Positions 1 to 8,338 of a DNA stretch of 64,000 nucleotides are shown here, in pieces. How positions within the stretch are numbered: the first letter of the stretch is position 1; every line of letters begins with the position of its first letter. A program made the position numbers and the translations under genes. The notes beneath the pieces are model-generated. The model made no database searches. It was given only the letters and a program-made list of their open reading frames with translations, and had not been told where the DNA came from. Origin of the DNA: a virus (lineage: Duplodnaviria > Caudoviricetes); IMG/VR virus record IMGVR_UViG_3300021399_000009, positions 44,607-108,606 of that record. The stretch is one strand, 5' to 3'.

Positions 1-890
1 CAATCAATTGGTTTGCTCGTAATGCTGACCGCATATACACCACAACCATTGAGCACAAAGCGGTGTTGAGAAACGCCAACAACTTCATACCTGTAGATAA
101 TACAGGCAGAGTTGATTTAGATATATTCCGAGAGCAATGTCCGAGATACGGCAACGTGATAGTAGGTTGGGTTAATAATGAGATAGGTGTTATTCAGCCT
201 GTAAAAGAAATAGTTGACATATGTCACAAGAAGCATAGCAGTATCTTGATTGACGCAACACAAGCCATAGGGCATATCCCAATAGATGTACATGAACTTG
301 GTGTTGACTTTCTCGTAGGCTCTTTTGGCAAGCTTGGTGGTCTTACAGGTAGTGGTTTCCTCTATATGAGAAGGGGTATGCATATTGAGCCGATGATAAA
401 AGGTGGCGGTCAGGAACACGGCATGAGAGCTTCAACCGAAAACATAATTGGCATTTTGGCAGGAGCGAAAGCTATTGAAATTGCAACAAAGCACATCGTC
501 CCAAACACCATACGTCGAGATTATATTATTGAAAGTTTGCTCAATATCCCTAAAAGTTATTTGAATGGTTCTTGGTCTAAGAGAGTTGACAACAATATAA
601 ATGTGGCTTTTGAGGGCATAGAAGCCGAGAGTTTAGTTTTACAACTGGATTTAAAAGGCATTGCCGTGAGTGCCGGTTCGGCTTGCAACTCCACAAACAT
701 TGAACCATCACACGTATTAAAGGCAATAGGATTAAGTGATGAGATAGCAAAGGCTTCAATCCGCATAACAATAGACGAAAATATTACAGACGAGCAGATT
801 GAATACCTTGTAAATACCATTAAAGACTGTGTGGCAAAGATGAGACAGTCATCGTCATTATGGAAGAAGATTGAGAACGAGGATAATTGA
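1..890 (+). CDS. iscS: Cysteine desulfurase, IscS/NifS family (5'-truncated by window edge)
   Basis: Frame is open from the window start (TTTIEHKAV); motifs NNEIGVIQP, DATQAIGH, PLP Lys in SFGK, catalytic Cys in SAGSAC, SHVL. Confidence 0.9.
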   Translation, partial: INWFARNADRIYTTTIEHKAVLRNANNFIPVDNTGRVDLDIFREQCPRYGNVIVGWVNNEIGVIQPVKEIVDICHKKHSSILIDATQAIGHIPIDVHELGVDFLVGSFGKLGGLTGSGFLYMRRGMHIEPMIKGGGQEHGMRASTENIIGILAGAKAIEIATKHIVPNTIRRDYIIESLLNIPKSYLNGSWSKRVDNNINVAFEGIEAESLVLQLDLKGIAVSAGSACNSTNIEPSHVLKAIGLSDEIAKASIRITIDENITDEQIEYLVNTIKDCVAKMRQSSSLWKKIENEDN

Positions 891-944
891 AGATTATTTT
901 CAGGATGCAGAAAATAAAAATCTCTCGAATTTTTTAAAAAATAC

Positions 945-973
945 TTGACAAAGTACAAATCGTGTGGTATAAT
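945..973 (+). promoter_or_regulatory. Sigma-A promoter with repeated operator motif filling the spacer
   Basis: TTGACA(945-950)-17 bp-TATAAT(968-973), TG extended -10; spacer AAGTACAAATCGTGTGG. Confidence 0.9.
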
Positions 974-1004
974 ATGAATATAAGGTTTTTAAAAAATGTA
1001 TACA

Positions 1005-1061
1005 AAGTACAAATCGTATACAGCCTTATATTCATATTTTTATAATGTACAAATCATATAG
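1005..1061 (+). promoter_or_regulatory. Two further copies of the 17-bp operator-like motif
   Basis: AAGTACAAATCGTATAC (1005-1021), ATGTACAAATCATATAG (1045-1061). Confidence 0.75.
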
Positions 1062-1079
1062 GAAGGTAAGGTGATAGCG

Positions 1080-1784
1080 ATGAAATTTACTTCATCATTC
1101 ATCCGAGGCTTTATAGCCTCAACAGCATTTATTATTTTACTTGGTGTTTGCTTAGTAGGAATTGGCAAACGTGCAAGCACAGACACGACAAACACGCAGA
1201 GTATAATTCCTACAATGGCAGAATCAACTTGTTTGACTACAGTTTTCACAACCACCACAACTACCACAACTGAGTCCACAACAACTACTACAACAAGCAC
1301 ATCCACAAGTACTTCAACATCAACAAGTACTTCAACAAGCACAACAACTACTACCACCACAACAGCAATTGAACTGACAACAGAAGTTCAGATTCAGACA
1401 ACAGAGTGTATACAAACAGAGCGTGTAGAAACCTATGATGTTACTGATACTTGTTCATTTTTATCAGAGCAAGATTGGATTTTAATTAGCAATGTTATAT
1501 CACACGAAGCAGGTAGTTTACATATATCAACCTACGAACGTTCCTGTATTGTAGCAGCTATTATGAATAGGGTATATGATAGTAGATTCCCAAATACAGT
1601 TGACGAAGTTGTACATCAGGCAGGACAGATGTTCGATGTACCATATTATAGAGTTGACTACTCAGGCATAGGATATGAACCTATTGACGAAGCAATAAGA
1701 ATGTATCTCGCTAATCCAGATGGCTATGGTAATATCAATAGTTGGAGTGGTGACGGTTATCATAATTATTTTAGTCGTAAGTAA
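1080..1784 (+). CDS. Membrane-anchored/secreted SleB/CwlJ-like cell wall hydrolase with Thr-rich linker
   Basis: N-terminal hydrophobic helix, poly-Thr/Ser linker, C-terminal ISHEAG...AAIMNRV.DSRFPNTV..VV.Q.GQ Hydrolase_2-like motif. Confidence 0.8.
   Translation: MKFTSSFIRGFIASTAFIILLGVCLVGIGKRASTDTTNTQSIIPTMAESTCLTTVFTTTTTTTTESTTTTTTSTSTSTSTSTSTSTSTTTTTTTTAIELTTEVQIQTTECIQTERVETYDVTDTCSFLSEQDWILISNVISHEAGSLHISTYERSCIVAAIMNRVYDSRFPNTVDEVVHQAGQMFDVPYYRVDYSGIGYEPIDEAIRMYLANPDGYGNINSWSGDGYHNYFSRK
1246..1362 (+). repeat. Low-complexity ACN/TCN codon repeat encoding a Thr/Ser linker
   Basis: acaagtacttcaac repeated; long ACN runs. Confidence 0.85.
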
Positions 1785-1791
1785 AGGAGAC

Positions 1792-2019
1792 ATGATGCGA
1801 GACAAGTATAGGTTATTTAAGTTCTACGAAGAACTTAGAGAAATACATATGAAGTATTTCCCCGATTGGCGTTTTGGACAGATGATAAGCAACGTATTAG
1901 TTGATTGGCGTTTTAAAACAGGGAGAGATATTTTCTTTCCAGAGGAAGATGAAATGATACAAATTTTTAAAGATTATATAAAGGAGAACGGATATGATAA
2001 AAAAGACAATCCTTCTTGA
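1792..2019 (+). CDS. Small conserved-looking phage protein (MRD...PDWRFGQ)
   Basis: AAGGAG RBS before ATG 1792. Confidence 0.7.
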   Translation: MMRDKYRLFKFYEELREIHMKYFPDWRFGQMISNVLVDWRFKTGRDIFFPEEDEMIQIFKDYIKENGYDKKDNPS

Positions 2020-2224
2020 TGATGTAAAGAAGGTATCAAACTTTGTAAATGAAACTTTTAAGTTCAAGGGAGACATCACTGTTAAACATGGTAAGTATAT
2101 AGTCAATGGTCGTTCACTTCTTGGGCTTATGTCATTAGATTTATCTAAGCCTCTTACTTGTGAAATTGAAGAAAGAGAAGAACAAATTTGGAATGTAAAC
2201 TGCAAGAGATTCGAGGTACAGTAA
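1994..2224 (+). CDS. HPr-like phosphocarrier-fold protein lacking His15
   Basis: VNGRSLLGLMSL matches the HPr Ser46 loop; no GxH motif at the N-terminus. Confidence 0.75.
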   Translation: MIKKTILLDDVKKVSNFVNETFKFKGDITVKHGKYIVNGRSLLGLMSLDLSKPLTCEIEEREEQIWNVNCKRFEVQ

Positions 2225-2928
2225 TGAACGTTGAGCTTATTTCTTGGACGAAAGACCCACTTATGACTTGTGCAAAAGCAGCAAGTGTTTGCTATGATTC
2301 TGAGCCAAGTTTAAAAATAATTAAGGGTTGTATTAAATCAAGGCATCTTTCTGTACTTGAACCCGCAAGTTTTATATTTAAGATAAGCGGTATATCTCGT
2401 AGCTGTTCACATCAGCTTGTTCGTCACAGAATAGCTTCATACTCTCAGCAGAGTCAGAGGTATGTAAAATTAGATAATCCAACTTGGGTATTACCTACTA
2501 ACTATATGCCCTATGATGACGAAACAGAACGACTTGAAAAGGTTATGCTTGCAAGCTGTGAAAAATCCCTTGAAGCATATGAAGAAATTTTAGAGCTTGA
2601 TAACGAAAATAATAATGATACTGCTCGTTGTGTTCTTCCAAATGCAACACCTACTACAATTGTTGTTACAATGAATATCAGAACACTTATGAATTTCTTT
2701 AATGAAAGATTGTGTAGTAGAGCTTCGAGAGAAATCAGACAAGTTGCTATTAAAATGAAGAAGGCTATTTTAAACTGTCCTGATATAACAGCAGAAGAAG
2801 CTGATATTCTTGATAACATATTTGTTCCTAAATGCGAAAGATATGACATTCCATTCTGCCCTGAGATACAGTGTTGCGGTAGACATAAGAGACTTAAAGA
2901 AATAGTAAAGGAGGAGTACATCAAATGA
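2224..2928 (+). CDS. thyX: Flavin-dependent thymidylate synthase
   Basis: QLVRHRIASYSQQSQRY signature; H.SVLE; ARCVLP; ERLC.RA.REIR. Confidence 0.95.
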   Translation: MNVELISWTKDPLMTCAKAASVCYDSEPSLKIIKGCIKSRHLSVLEPASFIFKISGISRSCSHQLVRHRIASYSQQSQRYVKLDNPTWVLPTNYMPYDDETERLEKVMLASCEKSLEAYEEILELDNENNNDTARCVLPNATPTTIVVTMNIRTLMNFFNERLCSRASREIRQVAIKMKKAILNCPDITAEEADILDNIFVPKCERYDIPFCPEIQCCGRHKRLKEIVKEEYIK

Positions 2929-3473
2929 AGCCATTAATAGCATTAATAGGAACAAGTGGTTCTGGGAAAACAACGCTTGCAAACAAGCTTCAAAGAAAAT
3001 ATGGATATACTTCTGTAAAATCCTATACCACGAGAGCAATAAGGAATGACCCAGAAGATGCTTTAAGTCATACATTTATTTCACCTGACCGAGTAGCAGA
3101 TTACAAAAAAGATATTGTTGCTGATAATTGGTACAACGGTAATTATTATTTTTGCACAAAGCAGCAACTTGATACGTCAGACATATACGTTACGGACAGA
3201 GAGGGTTTAATAAAAATATACAATAATTATATTGGTAAAGACATTATTGCAATCTATCTTGATGTTCCTCCTGAGATTGTTGCCAAACGTATGGAGCAAC
3301 GTGGAGATAGTAACGAATCTATTTTATCAAGGTTGCAGTATGATTCAAAAGCATTTGAAGGAGCAAAGGAACTGTGTGATTTCGTTTGTTTAAATTGCAC
3401 TCAGGAACAGCAAGGAGATATTTGTGAATTTATAAATATGCTTTTTAAATACAGAGGTGGTACTAATGATTAA
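2925..3473 (+). CDS. Guanylate kinase-like nucleoside monophosphate kinase
   Basis: P-loop GTSGSGKTT; SYTTR; Y.GNYY; RM..RGD. Confidence 0.85.
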   Translation: MKPLIALIGTSGSGKTTLANKLQRKYGYTSVKSYTTRAIRNDPEDALSHTFISPDRVADYKKDIVADNWYNGNYYFCTKQQLDTSDIYVTDREGLIKIYNNYIGKDIIAIYLDVPPEIVAKRMEQRGDSNESILSRLQYDSKAFEGAKELCDFVCLNCTQEQQGDICEFINMLFKYRGGTND

Positions 3474-3672
3474 AGTTCACGTAAGTACAATTTTCAATAG
3501 TGCAACAATAGAACTCTTAAATTTCTTGGACGAAAGAGATATTTCATACGAGGTCGAAAGGGTTAGTACCGAGTGGGTAGGGAGTCACAAAGTGAAGTCC
3601 TTGCCTGTAGTCGAGGTAGATGGAGAAATACTTTCAATGAAGAAGATAATGAAACGATTGAAAAAGAGGTGA
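3466..3672 (+). CDS. Glutaredoxin/NrdH-like paralog lacking CxxC
   Basis: SLPVVEVDGE aligns with neighbour HLPVLEVDGT; no Cys. Confidence 0.65.
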   Translation: MIKVHVSTIFNSATIELLNFLDERDISYEVERVSTEWVGSHKVKSLPVVEVDGEILSMKKIMKRLKKR

Positions 3673-3676
3673 CAAT

Positions 3677-3892
3677 ATGACCATAACTTTATTTACAATA
3701 GATTGTCCTAATTGTAAGAGGCTTGAAGAAAAGCTTATTTCATTTGGCTTTCAGTTTTCGATTTGTAAAGATAAGAATATAATGGCAGAACGAGGAATGA
3801 CCCATTTGCCTGTACTTGAAGTAGATGGAACAAGCATGAGTTTTAAAGAAGCAATAAAATGGATTAACGACCAAAGAAAGGGGACGATGTAA
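3677..3892 (+). CDS. Glutaredoxin/NrdH-like redoxin
   Basis: CPNC active site, LPVLEVDG cis-Pro loop, directly upstream of nrdD. Confidence 0.85.
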   Translation: MTITLFTIDCPNCKRLEEKLISFGFQFSICKDKNIMAERGMTHLPVLEVDGTSMSFKEAIKWINDQRKGTM

Positions 3893-5746
3893 ATGTACGC
3901 AGAAAAATACGAAAAGTATCGTAATAAGATTGATTTTATAAACAGTTATAGAAAAGCAAAGAACGCAGCAACAGGTTCTAAGTATGATAGCAACGCAAAC
4001 GTAGAACATAAAAATATTTGTACTTGTGCAGGAGAGCTTGTAAAAGGAGATAAGATAGGTGTTAACCGTCTGCTTATGATAAATAAGATAACAGAAATGT
4101 GGGGCAAAGAACTTGCAGATGAATATATCAGACAGCTTGAATCTCACGAAATTTACAAACACGATGAAACAAATATATCACCGTACTGCGTTGCTATAAC
4201 AATGTACCCTTTTCTTCTTAATGGTTTAAGAGAGCTTGGTGGTGTTTCAAAAGCTCCTAAACATATTGAATCCTTTTGCGGTGAGTTTATTAATCTTGTT
4301 TATGCCATAGCCGCTCAATTTGCTGGTGCGGTGGCTACTCCCGAAGTTCTTCTTTACATGGACTATTTTATAAGAAAAGATTACGGAGATGATTACATAA
4401 ATCATCTTGACGAATATGTTACCCCACCTTTTGCGAAAAATCCTAAGACACTTAAACAGTTAATTGAAGGATATTTCCAGCAGATAGTTCATAGTATTAA
4501 TCAGCCAGCAGCAGCAAGAGATTACCAGTCTTGTTTCTGGAATGTTTCTTATTTTGATAAGCCTTATTTTGAAGGTATGTTTGGAGAGTTCCTTTTTCCT
4601 GATGAAACAGAACCTATATGGGAAACATTTAACTGGTTACAGAAACACTTTATGATTTGGGTTAATACCGAAAGATTACACTATGACCTTTCTTTCCCTG
4701 TCGAAACAGTTAATCTTCTTAATGATGGTAAAGAAGATTTTGTTGACGAAGATTGGGGCGATTTTCAAGCAGAAATGTACTCGAAGGGTGCTTGGTTCTT
4801 CACATATTCAAGCAATACAGTTGATAGTCTCAGCTCGTGTTGTCGCCTGAGAAATGAGGTAAGTGAAAACACATTTAGTTTTACCCTTGGTGCAGGAGGT
4901 GTGTCAACAGGTTCTAAGGGAGTAATGACTATTAACATAAATAGGCTCGTGCAAAACGCTGTACGTGATGGCAAGGACATCTCCGAAGCTGTCAGAGAAC
5001 AGGTTAAAAAAGTTCATAAATACCTTGCAGCTTATAATGAAATAGTGTGGGACAACTTCAAGGCAAATATGCTTACTGTTTACAAGGCTGGATTTATTGA
5101 CCTCGACAAGCAGTACCTCACTATTGGAATCAATGGATTTGTTGAAGGTGCGGAGTTTCTTGGTATTGAAATTTCACCCAATGATGCTTATTTTGAATAC
5201 GGTGAAAAGGTATTAAAGCCTATTTACGAAGAAAATAAAAAAGCAAAAACGGAACACTTAATGTTTAACACAGAGTTCGTTCCTGCTGAGAATCTGGGAG
5301 TAAAGAACGCCAAATGGGACAAGGAAGATGGATATGTAGTTCCAAGAGATTGTTACAATTCTTACTTCTATATTGTTGAAGATGAAACAACAGATATACT
5401 TTCTAAGTTTGAACTTCACGGTAAGAAGCTCACTAAGTATCTCGATGGTGGTAGTGCGTTACATAATAACCTTGCAGAACATCTCACAAAGGAACAGTAC
5501 GCAATACTTAATAAAAAGGCTATCAAGGAAGGCTGCTCATACTATACACACAATGTAAAAAATACAGTATGTAATAAGTGCGATTATCGTTCTAAGCATA
5601 CACTTGATATTTGTCCTCGTTGCGGAAGTCGTGACCTTGATTACATAACAAGAATTATAGGTTATACAAAAAGGACATCTTCTTTTGCAGAACCAAGACA
5701 AAAAGAAGAAGGCAGAAGATTTTATGGGAAGTATGCAAAGGCTTAA
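3893..5746 (+). CDS. nrdD: Anaerobic (class III) ribonucleoside-triphosphate reductase, no ATP cone
   Basis: IYKHD, PYC, SSCCRL finger loop, PAEN, CxxC-CxxC, glycyl-radical TRIIGY. Confidence 0.95.
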   Translation: MYAEKYEKYRNKIDFINSYRKAKNAATGSKYDSNANVEHKNICTCAGELVKGDKIGVNRLLMINKITEMWGKELADEYIRQLESHEIYKHDETNISPYCVAITMYPFLLNGLRELGGVSKAPKHIESFCGEFINLVYAIAAQFAGAVATPEVLLYMDYFIRKDYGDDYINHLDEYVTPPFAKNPKTLKQLIEGYFQQIVHSINQPAAARDYQSCFWNVSYFDKPYFEGMFGEFLFPDETEPIWETFNWLQKHFMIWVNTERLHYDLSFPVETVNLLNDGKEDFVDEDWGDFQAEMYSKGAWFFTYSSNTVDSLSSCCRLRNEVSENTFSFTLGAGGVSTGSKGVMTININRLVQNAVRDGKDISEAVREQVKKVHKYLAAYNEIVWDNFKANMLTVYKAGFIDLDKQYLTIGINGFVEGAEFLGIEISPNDAYFEYGEKVLKPIYEENKKAKTEHLMFNTEFVPAENLGVKNAKWDKEDGYVVPRDCYNSYFYIVEDETTDILSKFELHGKKLTKYLDGGSALHNNLAEHLTKEQYAILNKKAIKEGCSYYTHNVKNTVCNKCDYRSKHTLDICPRCGSRDLDYITRIIGYTKRTSSFAEPRQKEEGRRFYGKYAKA

Positions 5747-6221
5747 ATATCTTGGTCGCTCCATAGTTTTTCAAGAAGTACCAAATGAAATAAGTCTTGC
5801 TATAAACGTTAGTGGTTGCCCTTACAAATGTAAGGGTTGCCACAGCTCTTATTTGTGGGATTACAAGGGTAGATACGTCAGTGATGATATTAAAGCATTA
5901 ATAGATATGCACGATGGCATTACTTGTGTTTGTTTTATGGGTGGCGACCAAAACCCACAAGAGCTTAATAAGCTAATAGATTATATCCATTCAAGGGGAC
6001 TAAAAGTTTGTTTATATACTGGAACAGACAACATTCCAAAAGATATATTTCATTTGGATTATCTTAAAATAGGTCATTACTCAGAAGAGCTTGGAGGGCT
6101 TGACAAACCAACAACAAATCAAAAATTTTATGTTGTACATGATGACAAAGAATACTTTGATATGACTATTATGTTTAGAAAGGAAATGCAAAATGTCATT
6201 AAAGATAATAAAGAATCCTGA
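5733..6221 (+). CDS. nrdG: Class III RNR activase (radical SAM)
   Basis: SGCPYKCKGCHS, MGGD, LYTG, TNQKFY. Confidence 0.92.
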   Translation: MQRLKYLGRSIVFQEVPNEISLAINVSGCPYKCKGCHSSYLWDYKGRYVSDDIKALIDMHDGITCVCFMGGDQNPQELNKLIDYIHSRGLKVCLYTGTDNIPKDIFHLDYLKIGHYSEELGGLDKPTTNQKFYVVHDDKEYFDMTIMFRKEMQNVIKDNKES

Positions 6222-6390
6222 CGAGAATATTTACAATGAAGTTACAGAAGCAGTAATGTCAAATGGGCGTTACTGTCCGTGTCGCCTCGAAAAAACTCCT
6301 GATACTCTTTGTCCTTGTAAAGAATTTAGAGAGCAAACTGAAATAGGAGAGTGCCATTGTGGTCGCTTCTGTAAAATAGAGGAGAACTAA
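6193..6390 (+). CDS. Ferredoxin-thioredoxin reductase catalytic-subunit-like protein
   Basis: CPCR...CPC...CHC [4Fe-4S]/disulfide pattern. Confidence 0.85.
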   Translation: MSLKIIKNPDENIYNEVTEAVMSNGRYCPCRLEKTPDTLCPCKEFREQTEIGECHCGRFCKIEEN

Positions 6391-6391
6391 T

Positions 6392-6640
6392 ATGTGCGAA
6401 GAGTGTAGACACAACCCTTGTGTTCCAGCTTGTCCAAATTACGAACCACCTATAGCATATGAATGTGATAATTGCGGTGGTGCTATTTACGCAGGAGACA
6501 CAGTTTACGTACTCAATAATAATCATTATTGTGAATACTGCTGTTACAAGACCGAAGCAGAAATACCAGAGCCAGATGATGATGATTTGATGTACGAACG
6601 TTGGCGTGATAGAAAGTGGGAGCAAGAACACGATGTTTGA
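6392..6640 (+). CDS. Cys-rich zinc-finger hypothetical protein
   Basis: CxxC..C...CP; CxxC...CxxC; GGAG RBS. Confidence 0.75.
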   Translation: MCEECRHNPCVPACPNYEPPIAYECDNCGGAIYAGDTVYVLNNNHYCEYCCYKTEAEIPEPDDDDLMYERWRDRKWEQEHDV

Positions 6641-6833
6641 TGAAACAGTTTGTAGTGAATTTACAATTGATAAGAATTATTTCTTATGGTTAACATACAC
6701 TACCGAAAGCGGCAAAGTATGGTATATCACATCTAATAAGCAACGGACTGAATATCAGCTCTGGAAGGAAAACAAGAAAACAAAATACAAAAGTGACAAT
6801 CCAACTGACCTTTATAAGTATATTAAAGAATAA
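6633..6833 (+). CDS. Hypothetical protein
   Basis: Fills operon gap, overlaps upstream stop. Confidence 0.6.
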   Translation: MFDETVCSEFTIDKNYFLWLTYTTESGKVWYITSNKQRTEYQLWKENKKTKYKSDNPTDLYKYIKE

Positions 6834-6847
6834 TGGAGGAATAAAAA

Positions 6848-7117
6848 ATGAATAACGAAAAGATTATGGGATTTGACCACGCACTTGCTGATATTGACAA
6901 ACAGATTGAAGGACTGTATGCAAAGAGAGCAGAAATCGAAAACAGAATGGAACAGGTAAGAAAGGAGGCAGAAGAAAAGCACAAGGCAGAACGAACGGAG
7001 GCGTATCAGACAATCGAGGAATTGATTGATAACTACAATGAAAAGTATCACGGTAGTCTTGTGTTAATGGAGCGTTTTGATGTCAATAAATTGCTTTCTC
7101 GATACGGACTTATATGA
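6848..7117 (+). CDS. Coiled-coil hypothetical protein
   Basis: GGAGG RBS; heptad-rich. Confidence 0.7.
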   Translation: MNNEKIMGFDHALADIDKQIEGLYAKRAEIENRMEQVRKEAEEKHKAERTEAYQTIEELIDNYNEKYHGSLVLMERFDVNKLLSRYGLI

Positions 7118-7120
7118 GGT

Positions 7121-7708
7121 ATGAAAATGAAGATTGGTATAGATATAGATTGTGTTTGTGTTAATACAACAGAGTGTCTTGTTAATTATATTAATGAACG
7201 TTTACCAGTTAATCTTAACCTCAATGATATAACTACATATTCCATCGAAGCTGCTCTCCCAGAGCAGTATCGATGGATTGTAGATGCTGGATTCAGAGAT
7301 TCAAAAATGTGGAAGAAGATTGAAATGATACCATACTGTGCCGAAACAATCGAACAGTTATACAAAGATGGTTTTGAAATCTATTTTGTAACAAGTTCAC
7401 TTCCTGAGAATCTAAGAAAGAAAATTAATCATCTGACAAGAAATATGCCGTTCTTTCCAAAGGACTTTGTATGGCGACATACAATCAATATACAAGACAA
7501 GAGCTTACTTGACTTAGACATCCTAATTGATGATTGCTTGGGACACCTTTTAAATGAACGTAGACATTACAAGTCTATCGCTCTTGACTATCCTTGGAAT
7601 CAGCTTGATGAATCTAATGAACCAAATGATTTTTATAGATGCAAGAACTGGCGAGAGATATACTATTTAATCAAAGACATCGAAGACATCGAAAGGAACT
7701 GCTTCTAA
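7121..7708 (+). CDS. HAD-family 5'(3')-deoxyribonucleotidase (NT5C-like)
   Basis: IGIDIDCV motif I, FVTS, K.LL.LDILIDD, YPWN. Confidence 0.85.
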   Translation: MKMKIGIDIDCVCVNTTECLVNYINERLPVNLNLNDITTYSIEAALPEQYRWIVDAGFRDSKMWKKIEMIPYCAETIEQLYKDGFEIYFVTSSLPENLRKKINHLTRNMPFFPKDFVWRHTINIQDKSLLDLDILIDDCLGHLLNERRHYKSIALDYPWNQLDESNEPNDFYRCKNWREIYYLIKDIEDIERNCF

Positions 7709-7764
7709 AAGAGCATAACGGATATAGTTGGTGACATAATATACATATATAAGGAGAGATAATA

Positions 7765-8199
7765 ATGGAAGTTAATATTACTAAATTAAACACAAATGCA
7801 ACAATTCCCACAAGAGGTAGCTCTCAGGCTGCTGGATATGACCTTTATGCTTGCATTGATGAGCCTGTTGTGATTTATCCACACTCTACCGTTAAGATTG
7901 GCACGGGTCTTGCTATTGAAATTCCCGAAGGATATTTCGGTGCTATATTTGCAAGAAGCGGACTTGCAACAAAGAAAGGTCTTAGACCATCAAATTGCGT
8001 GGGTGTGGTGGACAGTGACTACAGAGGCGAATGTATAGTTGCACTTCACAATGATACAGATGTGTATATGTCAATTGAACCGCATGAACGAATGGCACAG
8101 CTTGTGATACAGCCTTATCTTTCGGTTGAATTTACTGAGGTTGATGAATTATCAAATACAGAACGTGGCTCTGGTGGTTTTGGTTCTTCGGGCAAGTAA
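7765..8199 (+). CDS. dut: Trimeric dUTPase
   Basis: AAGYDL, RSGLA, GVVDSDYRGE, AQL, RGSGGFGSSG. Confidence 0.97.
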   Translation: MEVNITKLNTNATIPTRGSSQAAGYDLYACIDEPVVIYPHSTVKIGTGLAIEIPEGYFGAIFARSGLATKKGLRPSNCVGVVDSDYRGECIVALHNDTDVYMSIEPHERMAQLVIQPYLSVEFTEVDELSNTERGSGGFGSSGK

Positions 8200-8225
8200 A
8201 CTAAATTCACGTTGGGAGGAAGTAT

Positions 8226-8324
8226 ATGAACGAACAAGACTGGTTGCAAGCTATAGTTTCAATACTTATACTTCGCAACGTAATCACAAAAGAAGAAGGA
8301 GAAAAAATTAAGGGGAGCAAATAA
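8226..8324 (+). CDS. 32-aa SHOCT-like peptide, candidate recombination directionality factor
   Basis: GGGAGG RBS; MNEQDWLQAIVSILILRNVITKEEGEKIKGSK; last gene of the operon, converging on the integrase; absent from the ORF track. Confidence 0.55.
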   Translation: MNEQDWLQAIVSILILRNVITKEEGEKIKGSK

Positions 8325-8338
8325 GCTCCCCTTAATTT
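8305..8338. terminator. Bidirectional terminator hairpin
   Basis: AAATTAAGGGGAGC-6-GCTCCCCTTAATTT between convergent genes. Confidence 0.85.

Noticed and set aside
1040-1360. Val-rich minus-strand ORF
   Set aside because: Antisense shadow of the Thr-codon repeat
8126-8311. 61-aa ORF in the track
   Set aside because: Overlaps dut and lacks an RBS; the alternative frame 8226-8324 has a strong RBS
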